A program made the position numbers and the translations under genes. Below the pieces are notes generated by a model. It did no database searches. It saw nothing but the letters and a program-made list of their open reading frames with translations, and had not been told where the DNA came from. Source: an uncultured Verrucomicrobiae bacterium (GTDB lineage: Bacteria; Verrucomicrobiota; Verrucomicrobiia; Palsa-1439). From it: a stretch of DNA of 64,000 bases. The stretch covers positions 1 to 64,000 of the forward strand of contig CAWEWF010000004.1 in assembly GCA_963812605.1 (NCBI GenBank), read 5' to 3'. Numbering within the stretch: position 1 is the first letter of the stretch; each line of letters starts with the position of its first letter. Shown piece after piece: positions 1-11,447 of the stretch.

Positions 1-485
1 GGTCGCCGCGCTGGCCCGTGCCAGTGGCCAGCTCCACTCATTTCGTTACGCTGCCTCTGGCACGCGCCGCGACGTTGCTGGTTCACCAGCGGTCCGTGCC
101 GTCTTCCGTCGCGTCCAGCGGGAACGGCTATGCGTGCGTTCCGCCTGCCGCTTCGTCCACCGGCACCGACCGCTTTTTGCACACCGGTTCGTGCTCACAT
201 CCGTTCGATCAGCAGCGAAGTCCGCTACCCGCTCTCAACGAAATGGGCGGCGTGCTTTTGCGCCTCAATTATATGGCTCCGCTCGCGCCGTCAAGGTAAG
301 AGCGTCCCTGTTGCCCTTACGCTTCCACCTGTGACCGCGCTCGTTTTGCCACCGGTTGGCGCTTAACATTTCACGCTCGCCCTCTCATCGCCTGCTTTGG
401 ACTGTCCACTATTTGCGCGTACCACGGTCGTTCCCGCCCGCTACTCGCTAACGCAGTCTGCCCCGGCCACCGTAATCTCCCGGTC

Positions 486-3227
486 ATGCTCGTGACCAAA
501 GCACAATACAGTTTGCAGGATGCCGAGCGGTATTTCCAAGAGCACCTCTCCGTTGGCGATTACTACTCGGAGAGCCAGGCCGTCGCGGGCCAGTGGATCG
601 GCAAAGGCGCGGAGGCGCTCGGATTGTCTGGAGACACCCACAAGGACGAGTTCGTGCGCCTGTGCGAGAATCTCCATCCGCAAACCGGCCAACGACTCAC
701 GTTGCGGCATAAAACCACCCGCCGCGAGGTTGGAGCGGATGGCGCCGAACATCAAAGCGCCAATCGTCGCGTGTTCTACGATTTCACATTCTCCCCGCCC
801 AAGTCTGTGTCCATCGCCGCCCTGGTCGGCCATGATCGGCGCATTGTCGAGGCGCACGAGCAAGCGGTGGCTGTCGCGGTCAGTCAATTGGAGTCGTTCG
901 CCGCCACGCGCGTGCGCAAGAACGGGCAGTGCACCGCCCGCACCTCGGGAAATATCGTCGCCGCCGTGTTCCGGCACGAGACCTCTCGCGCTCTGGACCC
1001 GCATTTGCACAGTCACTGCATCCTGTTCAATGCCACCCACGACCCGGTCGAGAACCAGTGGAAGGCCCTGGAGAATTACGAGATGTTGGTGGCCATCAAG
1101 TTCATCGAGGGTCTGTACTACCACGAGTTGGCCCGCGCGCTGCGCCGCTTTGGCTACGAGATCGACAACAAGCCCCGGGGGGATTTTGAAATCAAGGGGG
1201 TTGCCCCCTCATTGATCGAGAAGTTTTCCAAACGTCATCAGGAGATCGACCAGAAGACGCGCGAACTGTTGGAACGGGAACCGCAGAAGGCCAACGGCAA
1301 CATCGCGGCGATCCGCGAGCACATCGCCCACAAAGAGCGCGCCCGCAAGATTCACAACATCAGTCTGCCTGAACTCCAAGCCTCTTGGGACGTGCAATTG
1401 ACTCCAAGAGGAGAAAACATCCCTGCGTCATCTGACTACCGGACAAACCGCACCGACCATATCCAGCGAGATTCTCGCCAAGCAGGCCGTCTCCTGGGCT
1501 GAGGAACACTTGCTGGAACGCCGGTCAGTGGTGCATGAGCACGAACTGTGGCGGCACGCGCTGGAGCACGTGCGCGGGCAGAGCATCGGGCTGGCCGACG
1601 TTCAGGCCGTGACCCGTCAACGCGGCTATCTGCGCGATGAAAAGCATCCAGGGAAGGTCACAACGAAGGAACTGCTGCGCAGGGAATGGGACATTGTGTG
1701 CATGGCAAAGACGGCATTGGCCGGTTCGGCCCGTACTGCTCCGGCCATTCGATCCAGAATGCAAACCTGGATGCCGAGCAACGTCAAGCCGTCGAGCGAA
1801 TCCTCCGGTCGCGTGATTTTGTCACCCTGTTTCGCGGCGGGGCCGGCACGGGCAAGAGTTACACGTTGCGTGAAGTGTACGGCGCTCTTCAACAAGCCGG
1901 TCGCACGGTCACAGTCATCGCCCCGCAACGGCAACAGGTCATGGACCTGGAAAAGGACGGCTTTCGTGGTGCGCAGACTGTCAGTGCGATTTTTCGCGCG
2001 CGGAATCCTCTCCCGAGGCGGCGTGGTATTGGTCGATGAAGCCGGACAGATCGGTGGCCGGCAAATGCACCAACTCTTGAGCTTGGCGCAAGCCAACCAA
2101 GGACGGGTGATCCTCTCCGGCGACACCCGCCAGCACGGCGCGGTGGAAGCGTCGGATGCGTTGCGCGCGATCGAGAAGTATTCAACATTGCGGGCCATCG
2201 AACTCACCGAGATTCGGCGTCAGATCCGGCCCGGGCGAAGACACGCGCCGAACGCGAGCAGATTGCGCAGTACAAGGAAGCCGTCAAAGAAGCGTCGGCA
2301 GGCAACCTCGACGCATCATTCAATCGGTTGGATCGACAGGGAGCCATCGTGATGTGTTTGCCGTCCGACCAGGAACAGCGTCTTGCTCAGAGCTACCTTG
2401 CGTTGGCCGAGCAGCGTTCGTCCGTGGTCGTGGTCTCACAGACCTGGTCGGAGATCCACCGGGTCAATGAGCAAGTGCGCGCCGCGCTGAAATCGCGCGG
2501 CCTCCTCGGTGCCGAAGACCGGGCGGTGACCACGCTGGAGAGGGTCGATTTGACCGATGCCCAAAAACGGGATCGGCGGTTCTACAAAGAGGATACTGTG
2601 ATCGTGTTGAACCGCAGCGCAGCCGGATTGGACAGGGGCCAGGTTTGTCAACTCGTGGACATCACCGACAAGGGCTTTCTTCTGAAGAATGCGGACAAGA
2701 CTCGCACCGTCCCGTTCCGGTTTGTGGAGCGGCTCACCGTGTGCCAGCCCAAGCAACTCATGTTGGCGGCCGGCGACCGTCTGCAACTGAAGGCCAACGC
2801 GAAGACACGGGCAGGCCAGCGCCTTGCCAATGGCGAACTGGTCTCGGTGAAGAAGGTCGGCGACGACGGGCGAATCACACTGAGAGACGGACGGGTTCTA
2901 CAGAAGGATTACCGGCAATTCGTACGCGGCTTTGCCATCACGTCTTATGCGTCGCAGGGCAAAACGGTCGATCACGTCTTGTTCTCCGATTCGGCCATCA
3001 AGGCCGCCACGAACCAACAGCAATGGTATGTGACCATTTCCCGGGGGCGCAAAGGAATCACCATCTTCACCAGCGACAAGATCCAACTGCGCGAGAACAT
3101 CCTGCGTTCCGGGAACCGTGAATTGGCGATTGATCTGGCGAAGCAAGGCCAACTCCAAAGGCTCGACTGCTACGCCATGCTGCAAGGGCCGGGCGTGGAA
3201 CAACAAACCAGAGGGGTCAAGGTATGA
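486..3227 (+). CDS. MOBF/TrwC-family conjugative relaxase-helicase, broken by at least 4 frameshifts (ORF pieces 486-1502, 1510-, 1686-2039, 2328-3227)
   Basis: Catalytic Tyr region YFQEHLSVGDYY, DFTFSPPKSVS, HUH motif HETSRALDPHLHSH; helicase motifs GGAGTGKS, VDEAG, GDTRQH, YASQGKTV. Confidence 0.9.
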
Positions 3228-3592
3228 TTACGAAACCCGGCCACGACCAGAATCGTCCGAGCCGTCCTTGCTGGAATAAAGACTATCAGGCGCAGGCTCT
3301 GCGAGTGGAGTTGGCTGACGGAAACCTCTATGTGTTTCCTTACCGTCGTCTCGCCTTTGTACGATTCGAGTCCGGAAACGATCACGACGAGCTACACGTA
3401 GTCCTGGACACCCACCAAATTCACATAACCGGGAAACATCTACGGGAAGTGGCGTTGGCACTTCAGAAATCTGCCGTGGAATGGGTGAGGGAATTGCCCA
3501 GCCGCTACGGCTCACAGGCGGATGACGATCACGCTTGGATCACGAGCATCACTGTCAGCGAAGTGCAAGAGCGAAAATGCGTAATGGCATGA
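3224..3592 (+). CDS. Hypothetical protein of the mobile element
   Basis: 122-aa ORF with an ATGA overlap on the relaxase stop. Confidence 0.6.
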   Translation: MITKPGHDQNRPSRPCWNKDYQAQALRVELADGNLYVFPYRRLAFVRFESGNDHDELHVVLDTHQIHITGKHLREVALALQKSAVEWVRELPSRYGSQADDDHAWITSITVSEVQERKCVMA

Positions 3593-3873
3593 ATGGGCTG
3601 ACGACAATTGGCGACAAGGACATGGCGGCACCACTGCCGCGTTTGTATCTGCGCCCTGACGAAGCGGCACGCGTCATCGGGGTTTCGCGGCGCACGCTGG
3701 CGTCTTGGCAGGCCACCCGCGTCATCGGTTTCCGCCGCGTCGGCCGCACGATCCTTTTTTCTGTAGCGGACATCCAGGCGGCGCTTGACCGCTACCGCAT
3801 CGCGCCCATCAGCGAGGCACCAAAGCGTAAACATCGGATGCAGCGCATCACGCCGGAGCCAGTCACGAAGTAG
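3589..3873 (+). CDS. Helix-turn-helix excisionase-like DNA-binding protein (start uncertain, 3535-3622)
   Basis: YLRPDEAARVIGVSRRTLASW...IGFRRVGRTILF, typical HTH_17/Xis pattern; lies next to the att end. Confidence 0.8.
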   Translation: MNGLTTIGDKDMAAPLPRLYLRPDEAARVIGVSRRTLASWQATRVIGFRRVGRTILFSVADIQAALDRYRIAPISEAPKRKHRMQRITPEPVTK

Positions 3874-4006
3874 CTAACTCCACCGTCGGCCTCGCGTTGG
3901 CAGCAACACCGGCCAGTTGCAGCACGTCCACCAGGGCCGCTACACCGCATCGTATTGCTTCCCAGTAGCCCGCCAGTGCCATGATCACCGTCGAAGAAGT
4001 GCATCA

Positions 4007-4081
4007 TGCGTGACTGGAAATCACGCACGAATCGAGTCTGACCGAAAAAGCTGCTGCTGGCGTGCGTGACTTTGCGTGACT
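4007..4081. repeat. TGCGTGACT direct repeats, putative integrase arm-type binding sites
   Basis: Exact 9-mer at 4007, 4063 and 4073, inverted TCACGCA at 4021; 130-200 bp from the tRNA fragment. Confidence 0.55.
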
Positions 4082-4210
4082 TTTTATCTCAATTAGGCGC
4101 ATCTGCTTGCATCTTGTTGCATAGTTGCAAATATCGATTTACACCAATAAACACAAGGGTTTCAGAGTTGTCGTCAATGAAATCATGGGAAAACGAAAAG
4201 TGCCGAAAAA

Positions 4211-4251
4211 CAGCTTGGAAGGCTGGCGCATTACCACTATGCTACGCCCGC
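4211..4251 (-). tRNA. tRNA-Gly(TCC) 5' fragment only (att junction)
   Basis: GCGGGCG-TA-GCAT-AGTGGTA-ATGC-G-CCAGC-CT-TCC-AA-GCTG, then TTTTTCGG; no T-arm or 3' acceptor strand. Confidence 0.85.
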
Positions 4252-4351
4252 ATCGAATGCGCCGCCAAGCTACACCAGCCGTCGGTTGAGCGTCAAGAGC
4301 AAGCCCCGTGGGGCAGTGAGTCAGTTTGCCGCATCGCTCATCGTTCGTGTT

Positions 4352-4415
4352 TGTAGCCGAAGCGTAAGCTTCGGTGTTAGCAATGCGGATTCCCGAAGCT
4401 TACGCTTCGGCTACA
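4352..4415. repeat. GTAG-type REP doublet
   Basis: Perfect 23-bp inverted repeat TGTAGCCGAAGCGTAAGCTTCGG / CCGAAGCTTACGCTTCGGCTACA. Confidence 0.8.
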
Positions 4416-4483
4416 GTTGGCAGATGCAAATTAAGATACTACCCCCTGCGGACAAGCCAGCGACGTGCGGTCGAAGCGGAGCA

Positions 4484-5797
4484 TTACATCACGCGGCAGG
4501 GCGCCATGACGGCGTCGGGCATGCCGTGGAGGATTTTCTTATCGGCGGGACAAATGGTGGCGAGGATGCCGCCGAGCTTCGCGTCGTCGCCGACCACGAA
4601 GTAGTATGGGCAGAGGCGCACGCGCGCGCCAAAGGTGCGCAGCTCATTGGCCTCAAAATCGACGTACTGCGCCTCGAAGAGCTTCGACTTCTCGAAGCGC
4701 TGCAGGATGAAGGGGTGCGTCGCGAAGCCATTCAACGCCTGGTCGATGGCTTCGGCCCATTCGCCAGCGGGCAAATCGTGACCGACGTAGACGCCGCGGC
4801 TGCCCCAGGCGTGCTCGCTGAAGCCCGAGATTTTCAGGACCAGCTCGCGTTGCTTTTGCGAAAACCTGCCCATCTCGCGCCAGTCGTGGATGCCGAGTTC
4901 GGGAATCACCGCATGCGGCGGCAACGGCGTCGGGTCCATGATCCAGGTGTACGGAAAGAGTTGGCGCAAGGCGGTCAGTTTGTCCTCGCCGAGCTGTTCG
5001 CGCCAGAACGGCCGCAACTGTTCCATCCAGAGAAACGCGAACAACATTTTCTCTTCGAGTTGGGGCTTGAAGGGCGGCGTCACTGCCACCTGCGCATGGG
5101 CGGCGGCTTCCATGAGCGCGCTCGCGTTCGGAATGTTCGGCAAATCAAACAATTCGAAGAAGCGATAGACGACGGCGGTCTTGTCCAGGTTCGCCAATTC
5201 CTCCGGTCGCACGACGCGAAAGCCGATTTGCTGGCCGAGCCATTCCATTTCGGGTCGATACGCCGCCGCTTCCTCCGAAACCACGACGACCGCCAGCGGC
5301 TCCTCGCTTTTCGCTTCCGCGCGCAGTGCCGCGTCGAATCCTTCCATCATCCCGTGCGCGCCGCCGACGACGGTATCGCCCAGTTCCGTGTAGGTCTTGC
5401 CAAGCCAACCCGTCAGGCCGATGCCGCCGGGCACGGAATCGAGTTCGGTGATAAAGAAATGGTCATTGGAGAGAATCACGTCCGGACGAATCACGCGCGG
5501 GACGTGGCCCTTGAATCGGTCGCGCCGCGACAATTCGATGAGTTCCCTCGGCTTGCCGGCGTCGAGATACTCGGCGATCCAGCGTGGCAGCTTGCCCTGC
5601 ACGCTGTGGCGATACATCACATTGCAGGCGCGATAGAACGCCAGCAATTGCGGGCCGAGCGTTTCGAGTTTTGTGACGAGTTCGTGCGAAAGCGGGAAGG
5701 ACTCCGGCGAGACGCGCCACGTGGCGCCGGCAAAGAGACCGTGCGCCGGCATTTGGTCGCGGACGTAGCGGGCGCGGTCGACGGCGTCACGCAACAT
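4484..5797 (-). CDS. Conserved hypothetical protein, probable circularly permuted ATP-grasp (GspS-like) ligase
   Basis: IRPDVI, ITELDSVPGGIG, LVLKISG..WGSRGV and FILQRF resemble ATP-grasp motifs; downstream of proBA on the same strand. Confidence 0.55.
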   Translation of the reverse strand: MLRDAVDRARYVRDQMPAHGLFAGATWRVSPESFPLSHELVTKLETLGPQLLAFYRACNVMYRHSVQGKLPRWIAEYLDAGKPRELIELSRRDRFKGHVPRVIRPDVILSNDHFFITELDSVPGGIGLTGWLGKTYTELGDTVVGGAHGMMEGFDAALRAEAKSEEPLAVVVVSEEAAAYRPEMEWLGQQIGFRVVRPEELANLDKTAVVYRFFELFDLPNIPNASALMEAAAHAQVAVTPPFKPQLEEKMLFAFLWMEQLRPFWREQLGEDKLTALRQLFPYTWIMDPTPLPPHAVIPELGIHDWREMGRFSQKQRELVLKISGFSEHAWGSRGVYVGHDLPAGEWAEAIDQALNGFATHPFILQRFEKSKLFEAQYVDFEANELRTFGARVRLCPYYFVVGDDAKLGGILATICPADKKILHGMPDAVMAPCRVM

Positions 5798-5800
5798 GAT

Positions 5801-5858
5801 TGTAGCCGCGAATCGCATTCGCGGCCCTTCCCCGCCGCGAAAGAGTTTCGCGGCTACA
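5801..5858. repeat. GTAG-type REP doublet (same family as 22949 and 50593)
   Basis: TGTAGCCGCGAATCGCATTCGCGG...CCGCGAAAGAGTTTCGCGGCTACA. Confidence 0.8.
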
Positions 5859-5869
5859 GAGCACCAGCT

Positions 5870-7114
5870 TCACTCTCTCACCTGCCCCTCTCCCACCACC
5901 ACAAACTTATAGCTGGTCAATTCCTCCAGGCCCATGGGGCCGCGGGCGTGGAGTTTGTCGGTGGAAATGCCGATCTCGGCGCCGAAACCGTATTGGGCGC
6001 CGTCGGCGAGGCGGGTGCTGGCGTTCCAGAACACACTGGAACTGTCGACCTCGCGCAGGAATTTTTCCGCCGTTGTCTTATTGTCCGTGACGATGGCATC
6101 GCTGTGAGCGGAGCCGTATTTCGTGATGTGATCGACGGCCTCGTCCACGCCATTGATGACGCGCACAGCGAGGATGAGTTCAAGATATTCGGCGTACCAG
6201 TCGTCTTCCGTGGCCGGTTTGGCGGTGGGGACAAGCTGCCGTGTTCGTTCATCGCCGCGCAGTTCGACTTGCTTCTCGGCGAGAGCCTTGGCGATGCGCG
6301 GGAGGAATTGGTCGGCGATCTTCTGGTCGATGAGCAGTGTCTCGATGGCGTTGCAGACGCCGGGACGCTGGCACTTGGCGTTCACGACGATTTTTTCCGC
6401 CATGTCGAAATCGGCGTCGCGGTCGACGTACACGTGGCAGACGCCTTTGTAATGTTTGATGACGGGAACGCGCGATTTTTCCGCGACGGCGCGGATCAGC
6501 CCTTCCCCGCCGCGCGGGATGCAGAGATTGATCAAGTCGTCGAGTTGGAGCAATTCGTCGATGGCCGCGCGGTCGGTCGTGGGGACGACGGTGATGCTGT
6601 TCGGAGGCAGACCGGGGACGTTCATTGCCTCCGCGATGGCGAGATTACTATGGATGGCCTCCGAACCGCCGCGCAGGATTACAGCGTTGCCCGTCTTGAT
6701 GCAGAGGCAGCCGGCGTCCGCGGTGACGTTTGGGCGGGACTCGTAAATGATCAGGATAACACCGATGGGCACGCGCACTTTTTGGATGTGGATGCCGTTG
6801 GGACGCGTCCACTCGCTAATGACCTTACCCACCGGATCGTCCAGCTTGGCAACATTCTCAACACCCTCTGACATGTCCATGATCCGCTTGTCCGTGAGTG
6901 TCAATCGATCCAGCATCGCCGAAGACAATCCAGCTTGGCGGCCCGCTTCGATATCCTTGGCGTTGGCCTTCTTGATCGGGGCAATGTTGCGCTGAATGGC
7001 GTCCGCCATTTCCCACAGGTGGCCGTTCTTTTTTTCTGTATCGCGTTTCGCCAACGCCCGCGAGGCATCGCGCGAACGTTCGGCCAGCAATCGCATTTGT
7101 TTCTTTAAATCCAT
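5870..7114 (-). CDS. proA: Gamma-glutamyl phosphate reductase
   Basis: IYESRPNVT, LRGGSEA, CNAIETLL, GAEIGISTDKLHARGPMGL. Confidence 0.97.
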   Translation of the reverse strand: MDLKKQMRLLAERSRDASRALAKRDTEKKNGHLWEMADAIQRNIAPIKKANAKDIEAGRQAGLSSAMLDRLTLTDKRIMDMSEGVENVAKLDDPVGKVISEWTRPNGIHIQKVRVPIGVILIIYESRPNVTADAGCLCIKTGNAVILRGGSEAIHSNLAIAEAMNVPGLPPNSITVVPTTDRAAIDELLQLDDLINLCIPRGGEGLIRAVAEKSRVPVIKHYKGVCHVYVDRDADFDMAEKIVVNAKCQRPGVCNAIETLLIDQKIADQFLPRIAKALAEKQVELRGDERTRQLVPTAKPATEDDWYAEYLELILAVRVINGVDEAVDHITKYGSAHSDAIVTDNKTTAEKFLREVDSSSVFWNASTRLADGAQYGFGAEIGISTDKLHARGPMGLEELTSYKFVVVGEGQVRE

Positions 7115-7217
7115 TTTTCTTTGTCCGTCACCCTGAACGCGACGCGAGCCAGATTTGCCGCTAAACGACAAGCGGCCTCTCCGAGTTTCGCTTCGCTCAG
7201 AATGACAACCAATTAGC

Positions 7218-8285
7218 TTACAGAATCACCAAATCATCCCGATGAATCACCACACCGGTGGCTGTCTTGATTTGGATGCCGTCAAGCTTCGCCAAGCCGC
7301 GCGCAAATTCAACCTGATTTTTGTCGCAGATGCTGACGACGTCGCCTTTTGCGAACTTCCCCGCCGCGGAAACGATACCCTTGGCAAGGAGGCTTCTAGC
7401 GCTTGCGCAGAGCGCTTGCTTCGCCCCTTCATCCACAACCACCTTGCCTACAGGATGTTGGAAAAAGGCGATCCAGCGCTTACGGCTGGCCAACTTGTCC
7501 GTATGCGGCAGGAAGATCGTTCCGACTTCCTCACCCGCCAGCACGTCCCGCACGACATGCGCGCGGTTACCGTTGGCGATCACGAGCGGGATACCGGCGC
7601 GGGTGGCGATCTTCGCGGCATCGATTTTCGATTTCATGCCGCCGACACTTGTCAGACGGTCCGTGCCGCGCGCCAGCGATTCAACCTCATGTATTTCAGA
7701 GACAGTCCTGATGACGCGCTTTTGTTCGTCCAACAACCCGTCCACATGCGAGAGGATGATGAGCAGGTCCACGTCGATGAGGGTGGCGGTCAACGCGCCG
7801 AGCCGGTCGTTGTCGCCGAACTTGATTTCGTCCACTGCAACCGTGTCGTTCTCGTTGATGATGGGAACGGCGCCGCGGGCGAGCAAGGTGGCGAGGGTGT
7901 TGTGGGCGTTGAGGTGGCGGGTGCGGTTCTGCAAATCGTCGTGCGTGAGCAGCACTTGCGCGACGGTGATGCCGAAGTTGCCAAACAACCGGTCATAAAC
8001 TGCCATCAGCTTGCTCTGTCCGATGGCGGCCGCGGCCTGGAGTTCATCGAGGCGTTTCGGGCGCTGCTTGATTCCCAGTTCCGCCATGCCCGCGCCGATC
8101 GCGCCGGAGGTGACCACAATGATCTGCTTCTTCGCCGCATGGAGCGTGGCCAACTGCGCGACGATCGCTTCGATCTGCGGCAACGAAAGACGGTTCTGCG
8201 CGTCCGTGAGCAAACCCGTGCCGAGCTTGATCACGACGCGGCTGACCTTGCCAAGAATGTCCTTGCGGAGTTTCATAGGAGCCAT
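7218..8285 (-). CDS. proB: Glutamate 5-kinase
   Basis: VVIKLGT, TSGAI, INENDTV, FGDNDRL, GGMKSK, C-terminal PUA domain. Confidence 0.97.
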   Translation of the reverse strand: MAPMKLRKDILGKVSRVVIKLGTGLLTDAQNRLSLPQIEAIVAQLATLHAAKKQIIVVTSGAIGAGMAELGIKQRPKRLDELQAAAAIGQSKLMAVYDRLFGNFGITVAQVLLTHDDLQNRTRHLNAHNTLATLLARGAVPIINENDTVAVDEIKFGDNDRLGALTATLIDVDLLIILSHVDGLLDEQKRVIRTVSEIHEVESLARGTDRLTSVGGMKSKIDAAKIATRAGIPLVIANGNRAHVVRDVLAGEEVGTIFLPHTDKLASRKRWIAFFQHPVGKVVVDEGAKQALCASARSLLAKGIVSAAGKFAKGDVVSICDKNQVEFARGLAKLDGIQIKTATGVVIHRDDLVIL

Positions 8286-8475
8286 AATTGCTTACCAGAG
8301 TTTGGGGGACGTGTCGAGTAGCGGTGCGCGCCCTGCCAACGACACGCGTTGCGCTGAAAGCGGCATTGACAGAGGGGGCGGGTTTGCTAGACTTCGCGCG
8401 CGAAGTTTCCCCCGTTACTTGGCGATCAATTTCTGCCTTTGGGCGGGACAAAACCCTTGAGAGGATTTCATGCAC

Positions 8476-11232
8476 ATGGCTGCCAAAAAATTAAAGTCTT
8501 CAGGTAAGAAAGCGGCGAAGTACGTTTATTTATTCGGAAACGGCAAGGCGGATGGCGACGGCAAGATGAAGCCGTTGCTCGGTGGCAAGGGCGCGAACCT
8601 CGCGGAGATGACGCGCATCGGGTTGCCGGTGCCGCCGGGGTTCACGATCACCACGGAAGTCTGCACGTACTACTACGAGAACAAACAGACGTACCCGCAG
8701 GCGCTCGAGGCGCAGGTGAAAAACGGTGTCACCTTCCTCGAAAACGCGCTGGGCAAAAAGTTCAACAGCATGGACAAGCCGCTGCTGGTTTCCGTCCGCT
8801 CCGGCGCGCGCGATTCGATGCCGGGGATGATGGATACGATCCTCAACCTCGGCCTCAACGACCAGACGGTGCTGGCACTGGCCCACTACAGCAACAACGA
8901 GCGGTTTGCGTGGGACTGCTACCGGCGGTTCGTGCAGATGTACGGCGACGTGGTCATGGGCGTGCAGAAACGCGCCGGCGAGGACCACGAACCGTTTGAA
9001 GTGGTGATCGAGAAACTCAAGCACGAGCGTCATCACGCCGACATTGAAGACACGAAGTTGAGCGCGAATGACCTGAAAGAACTCGTTGCGCGATTCAAGA
9101 AACTGATCCACGAACGAACCGGCAAGGAGTTCCCACAAGACCCGTGGAAACAGTTGTGGGGCTCGGTCGGCGCGGTGTTCGGTTCGTGGATGAACGACCG
9201 CGCGATTGTTTATCGCCGCAAATACGGCATCCCGGCGGAATGGGGCACGGCGGTCAACGTGCAGGCGATGGTTTATGGCAATACCGGCGAGAAATCCGGC
9301 TCGGGCGTGGCGTTCACGCGCGACCCGGCCACGGGCGAAAAGGTTTTCTACGGCGAATTTCTCATCAACGCGCAGGGCGAAGACGTTGTCGCCGGCGTGC
9401 GCACGCCGGAGCCGGTGGCGCAATTGGCGAAGGAAATGCCCAAGGCGTACGCCGAATTGGAGGGGATTCGCCAGAAGCTCGAACGGCATTTCAAGGACGT
9501 GCAGGATTTTGAGTTTACCATCGAAGACGGCAAGGTGTTCATGCTCCAGACCCGCAACGGCAAACGCACGGGTATCGCGGCGGTCCGGTTCGCCATCGAG
9601 ATGGAGAAGGAAAAACTGATCGACTGGAAGACGGCCATCCAGCGCGTCCCCGCCGACCAGCTCGACCAGGTGCTCGCGCCAATCTTCGACCGCCAGGCGG
9701 TCAAGGCGGCGAAGTGCATTGCCAAGGGCCTGCCGGCGGGTCCCGGCGCGGCTTCCGGCAAGATTTACCTCAATGCCGAGCGCGTGGTGGAAGCCGCGGG
9801 GCGCGGCGAGAAGGTGCTGCTGGTCCGCAACGAAACTTCGCCCGAGGATTTGCGCGGGATGATTGCCGCGGAAGGAATTCTCACGGCGAAAGGGGGCGTG
9901 AGTTCGCACGCGGCGCTCGTGGCCCGGCAAATGGGCAAGGTCTGCGTGTGCGGCGCGGCAGCGTTGCAGATCGATTACGCGGCCAAGACGGTCACGGTGG
10001 ACGGCGCCACCTATCATGAGGGCGATTTCTTTTCGATTAATGGCACCGCGGGCGAAGTGTACGCGGGCCAGATCAAGACCGCGGCCTCGGAGGTCGTCCA
10101 GGTGTTGGTGGAGAAGTCGCTGGATGCAAAAGAGAGCCGGACCTTCCAGAACTTCAAGAAGTTGATGGACTGGTGCAGCAAGGTTGCCAAGTTGCAGGTG
10201 CGCACCAACGCCGACAACCCGGAACAAACGGCCAATGCCATCGCCTTCGGCGCGACGGGGATCGGTTTGTGCCGGACCGAGCATATGTTCTTCGAGGGCA
10301 ATCGCATTGACGCGATGCGCGAAATGATCCTCGCGAAGAACGTTGCGGACCGGAAGAAGGCGCTGGCGAAAATCCTGCCGTACCAGCGCGAGGACTTCAT
10401 TGGCATGTTCAAGGAACTGAAGGGCCACCCCGCAACGATCCGGTTTCTGGACCCACCCTTGCATGAATTCCTGCCTAATGATGACGCGGCGCAAAAGGAT
10501 CTCGCCAGCAAGATGGGCGTACCGGTCGAGCGGATCAAACAGCGGGTGAAGGAATTGCACGAGTTCAACCCGATGCTGGGCTTCCGTGGTTGCCGGTTGG
10601 GAATCGTGCACGAGGAGATCAGCGAGATGCAGTCGCGCGCGGTATTGGAGGCCGCCGCGGAAGTGCAGAAGCAGGGCATCAAAGTGAAACCCGAGATCAT
10701 GATTCCGCTGGTCGGTTTCAAGCGGGAACTGGACTTGCAAGTGGCGGTGGTCCATCGCGTCGCCGCCGAGGTCCAGGCGGAGAAGAAGGTGAAATTGAAT
10801 TATCTGGTCGGCACGATGATCGAGGTCCCGCGCGGAGCGCTCACCGCGGACGAAATCGCCGAGACGGCGCAGTTTTTCAGCTTCGGCACGAACGACCTGA
10901 CGCAGACGACGCTCGGCATGAGCCGGGACGACTCCGGCAGCTTCCTGCCGGCGTACCAGGAACTGGAAATCGTGAAGACGAATCCTTTTGCTTCCATCGA
11001 TCAGCGTGGCGTCGGCGAGTTGATGAAGATCGCCGTCGCGAAGGGCCGCCAAACGCGACCCGACATCAAGCTCGGCATCTGCGGCGAACACGGTGGCGAT
11101 CCGAGTTCGGTGGAGTTTTGCCATCGCCTCGGCCTCACGTACGTGAGTTGCAGCCCCTTCCGCGTTCCGATAGCGCGTCTGGCGGCGGCGCAGGCGGTTC
11201 TCAAAGAAGTGAAAAGCGGCAAGGGCCGCTAG
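8476..11232 (+). CDS. ppdK: Pyruvate, phosphate dikinase
   Basis: [44 protein letters not shown]. Confidence 0.98.
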   Translation: MAAKKLKSSGKKAAKYVYLFGNGKADGDGKMKPLLGGKGANLAEMTRIGLPVPPGFTITTEVCTYYYENKQTYPQALEAQVKNGVTFLENALGKKFNSMDKPLLVSVRSGARDSMPGMMDTILNLGLNDQTVLALAHYSNNERFAWDCYRRFVQMYGDVVMGVQKRAGEDHEPFEVVIEKLKHERHHADIEDTKLSANDLKELVARFKKLIHERTGKEFPQDPWKQLWGSVGAVFGSWMNDRAIVYRRKYGIPAEWGTAVNVQAMVYGNTGEKSGSGVAFTRDPATGEKVFYGEFLINAQGEDVVAGVRTPEPVAQLAKEMPKAYAELEGIRQKLERHFKDVQDFEFTIEDGKVFMLQTRNGKRTGIAAVRFAIEMEKEKLIDWKTAIQRVPADQLDQVLAPIFDRQAVKAAKCIAKGLPAGPGAASGKIYLNAERVVEAAGRGEKVLLVRNETSPEDLRGMIAAEGILTAKGGVSSHAALVARQMGKVCVCGAAALQIDYAAKTVTVDGATYHEGDFFSINGTAGEVYAGQIKTAASEVVQVLVEKSLDAKESRTFQNFKKLMDWCSKVAKLQVRTNADNPEQTANAIAFGATGIGLCRTEHMFFEGNRIDAMREMILAKNVADRKKALAKILPYQREDFIGMFKELKGHPATIRFLDPPLHEFLPNDDAAQKDLASKMGVPVERIKQRVKELHEFNPMLGFRGCRLGIVHEEISEMQSRAVLEAAAEVQKQGIKVKPEIMIPLVGFKRELDLQVAVVHRVAAEVQAEKKVKLNYLVGTMIEVPRGALTADEIAETAQFFSFGTNDLTQTTLGMSRDDSGSFLPAYQELEIVKTNPFASIDQRGVGELMKIAVAKGRQTRPDIKLGICGEHGGDPSSVEFCHRLGLTYVSCSPFRVPIARLAAAQAVLKEVKSGKGR

Positions 11233-11447
11233 AATAACGTTTGCAAAAATCACAAAATAATCGCACGGGGCAATCCTCGGCCCGGTTCTTTGTGGCCCGA
11301 CTACTGCTTTGAACCAAACACGCCCGTGAGACATCTAACATTCAGGTGGTGGATGCGGTTACGAGTCCGGCTTGAAAGTTCTTGCGTCGCGCAAAGTGAC
11401 CGCATAGTTTCGGTACGGGTCAAAAAGCCCCGGCAATTTTTAGCAGT

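Larger units (their letters stand above)
1..4251. mobile_element. Right end of an integrative mobilizable element (MOBF relaxase type) bounded by a tRNA-Gly fragment; integrase and left end lie outside the window
   Basis: TrwC-like relaxase/helicase, HTH excisionase-like gene and TGCGTGACT repeats at 4007-4081. A truncated tRNA-Gly at 4211-4251 is followed by core genes. Confidence 0.75.

Noticed and set aside
268-294. Minus-strand TTGACG...TATAAT promoter or oriT
   Set aside because: The spacer is only 15 bp, and no nic site can be assigned by eye.
4150-4211. Intron interrupting tRNA-Gly
   Set aside because: The break is in the 3' anticodon stem rather than the loop, no group I core or 3' exon is visible, and the mobile-element context explains it better.
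4286-11334. Very long antisense ORFs (4286-6871, 8530-11334; also 38359-40236 and others)
   Set aside because: They shadow well-identified genes on the opposite strand, a known high-GC codon-bias artefact, and have no recognisable motifs.
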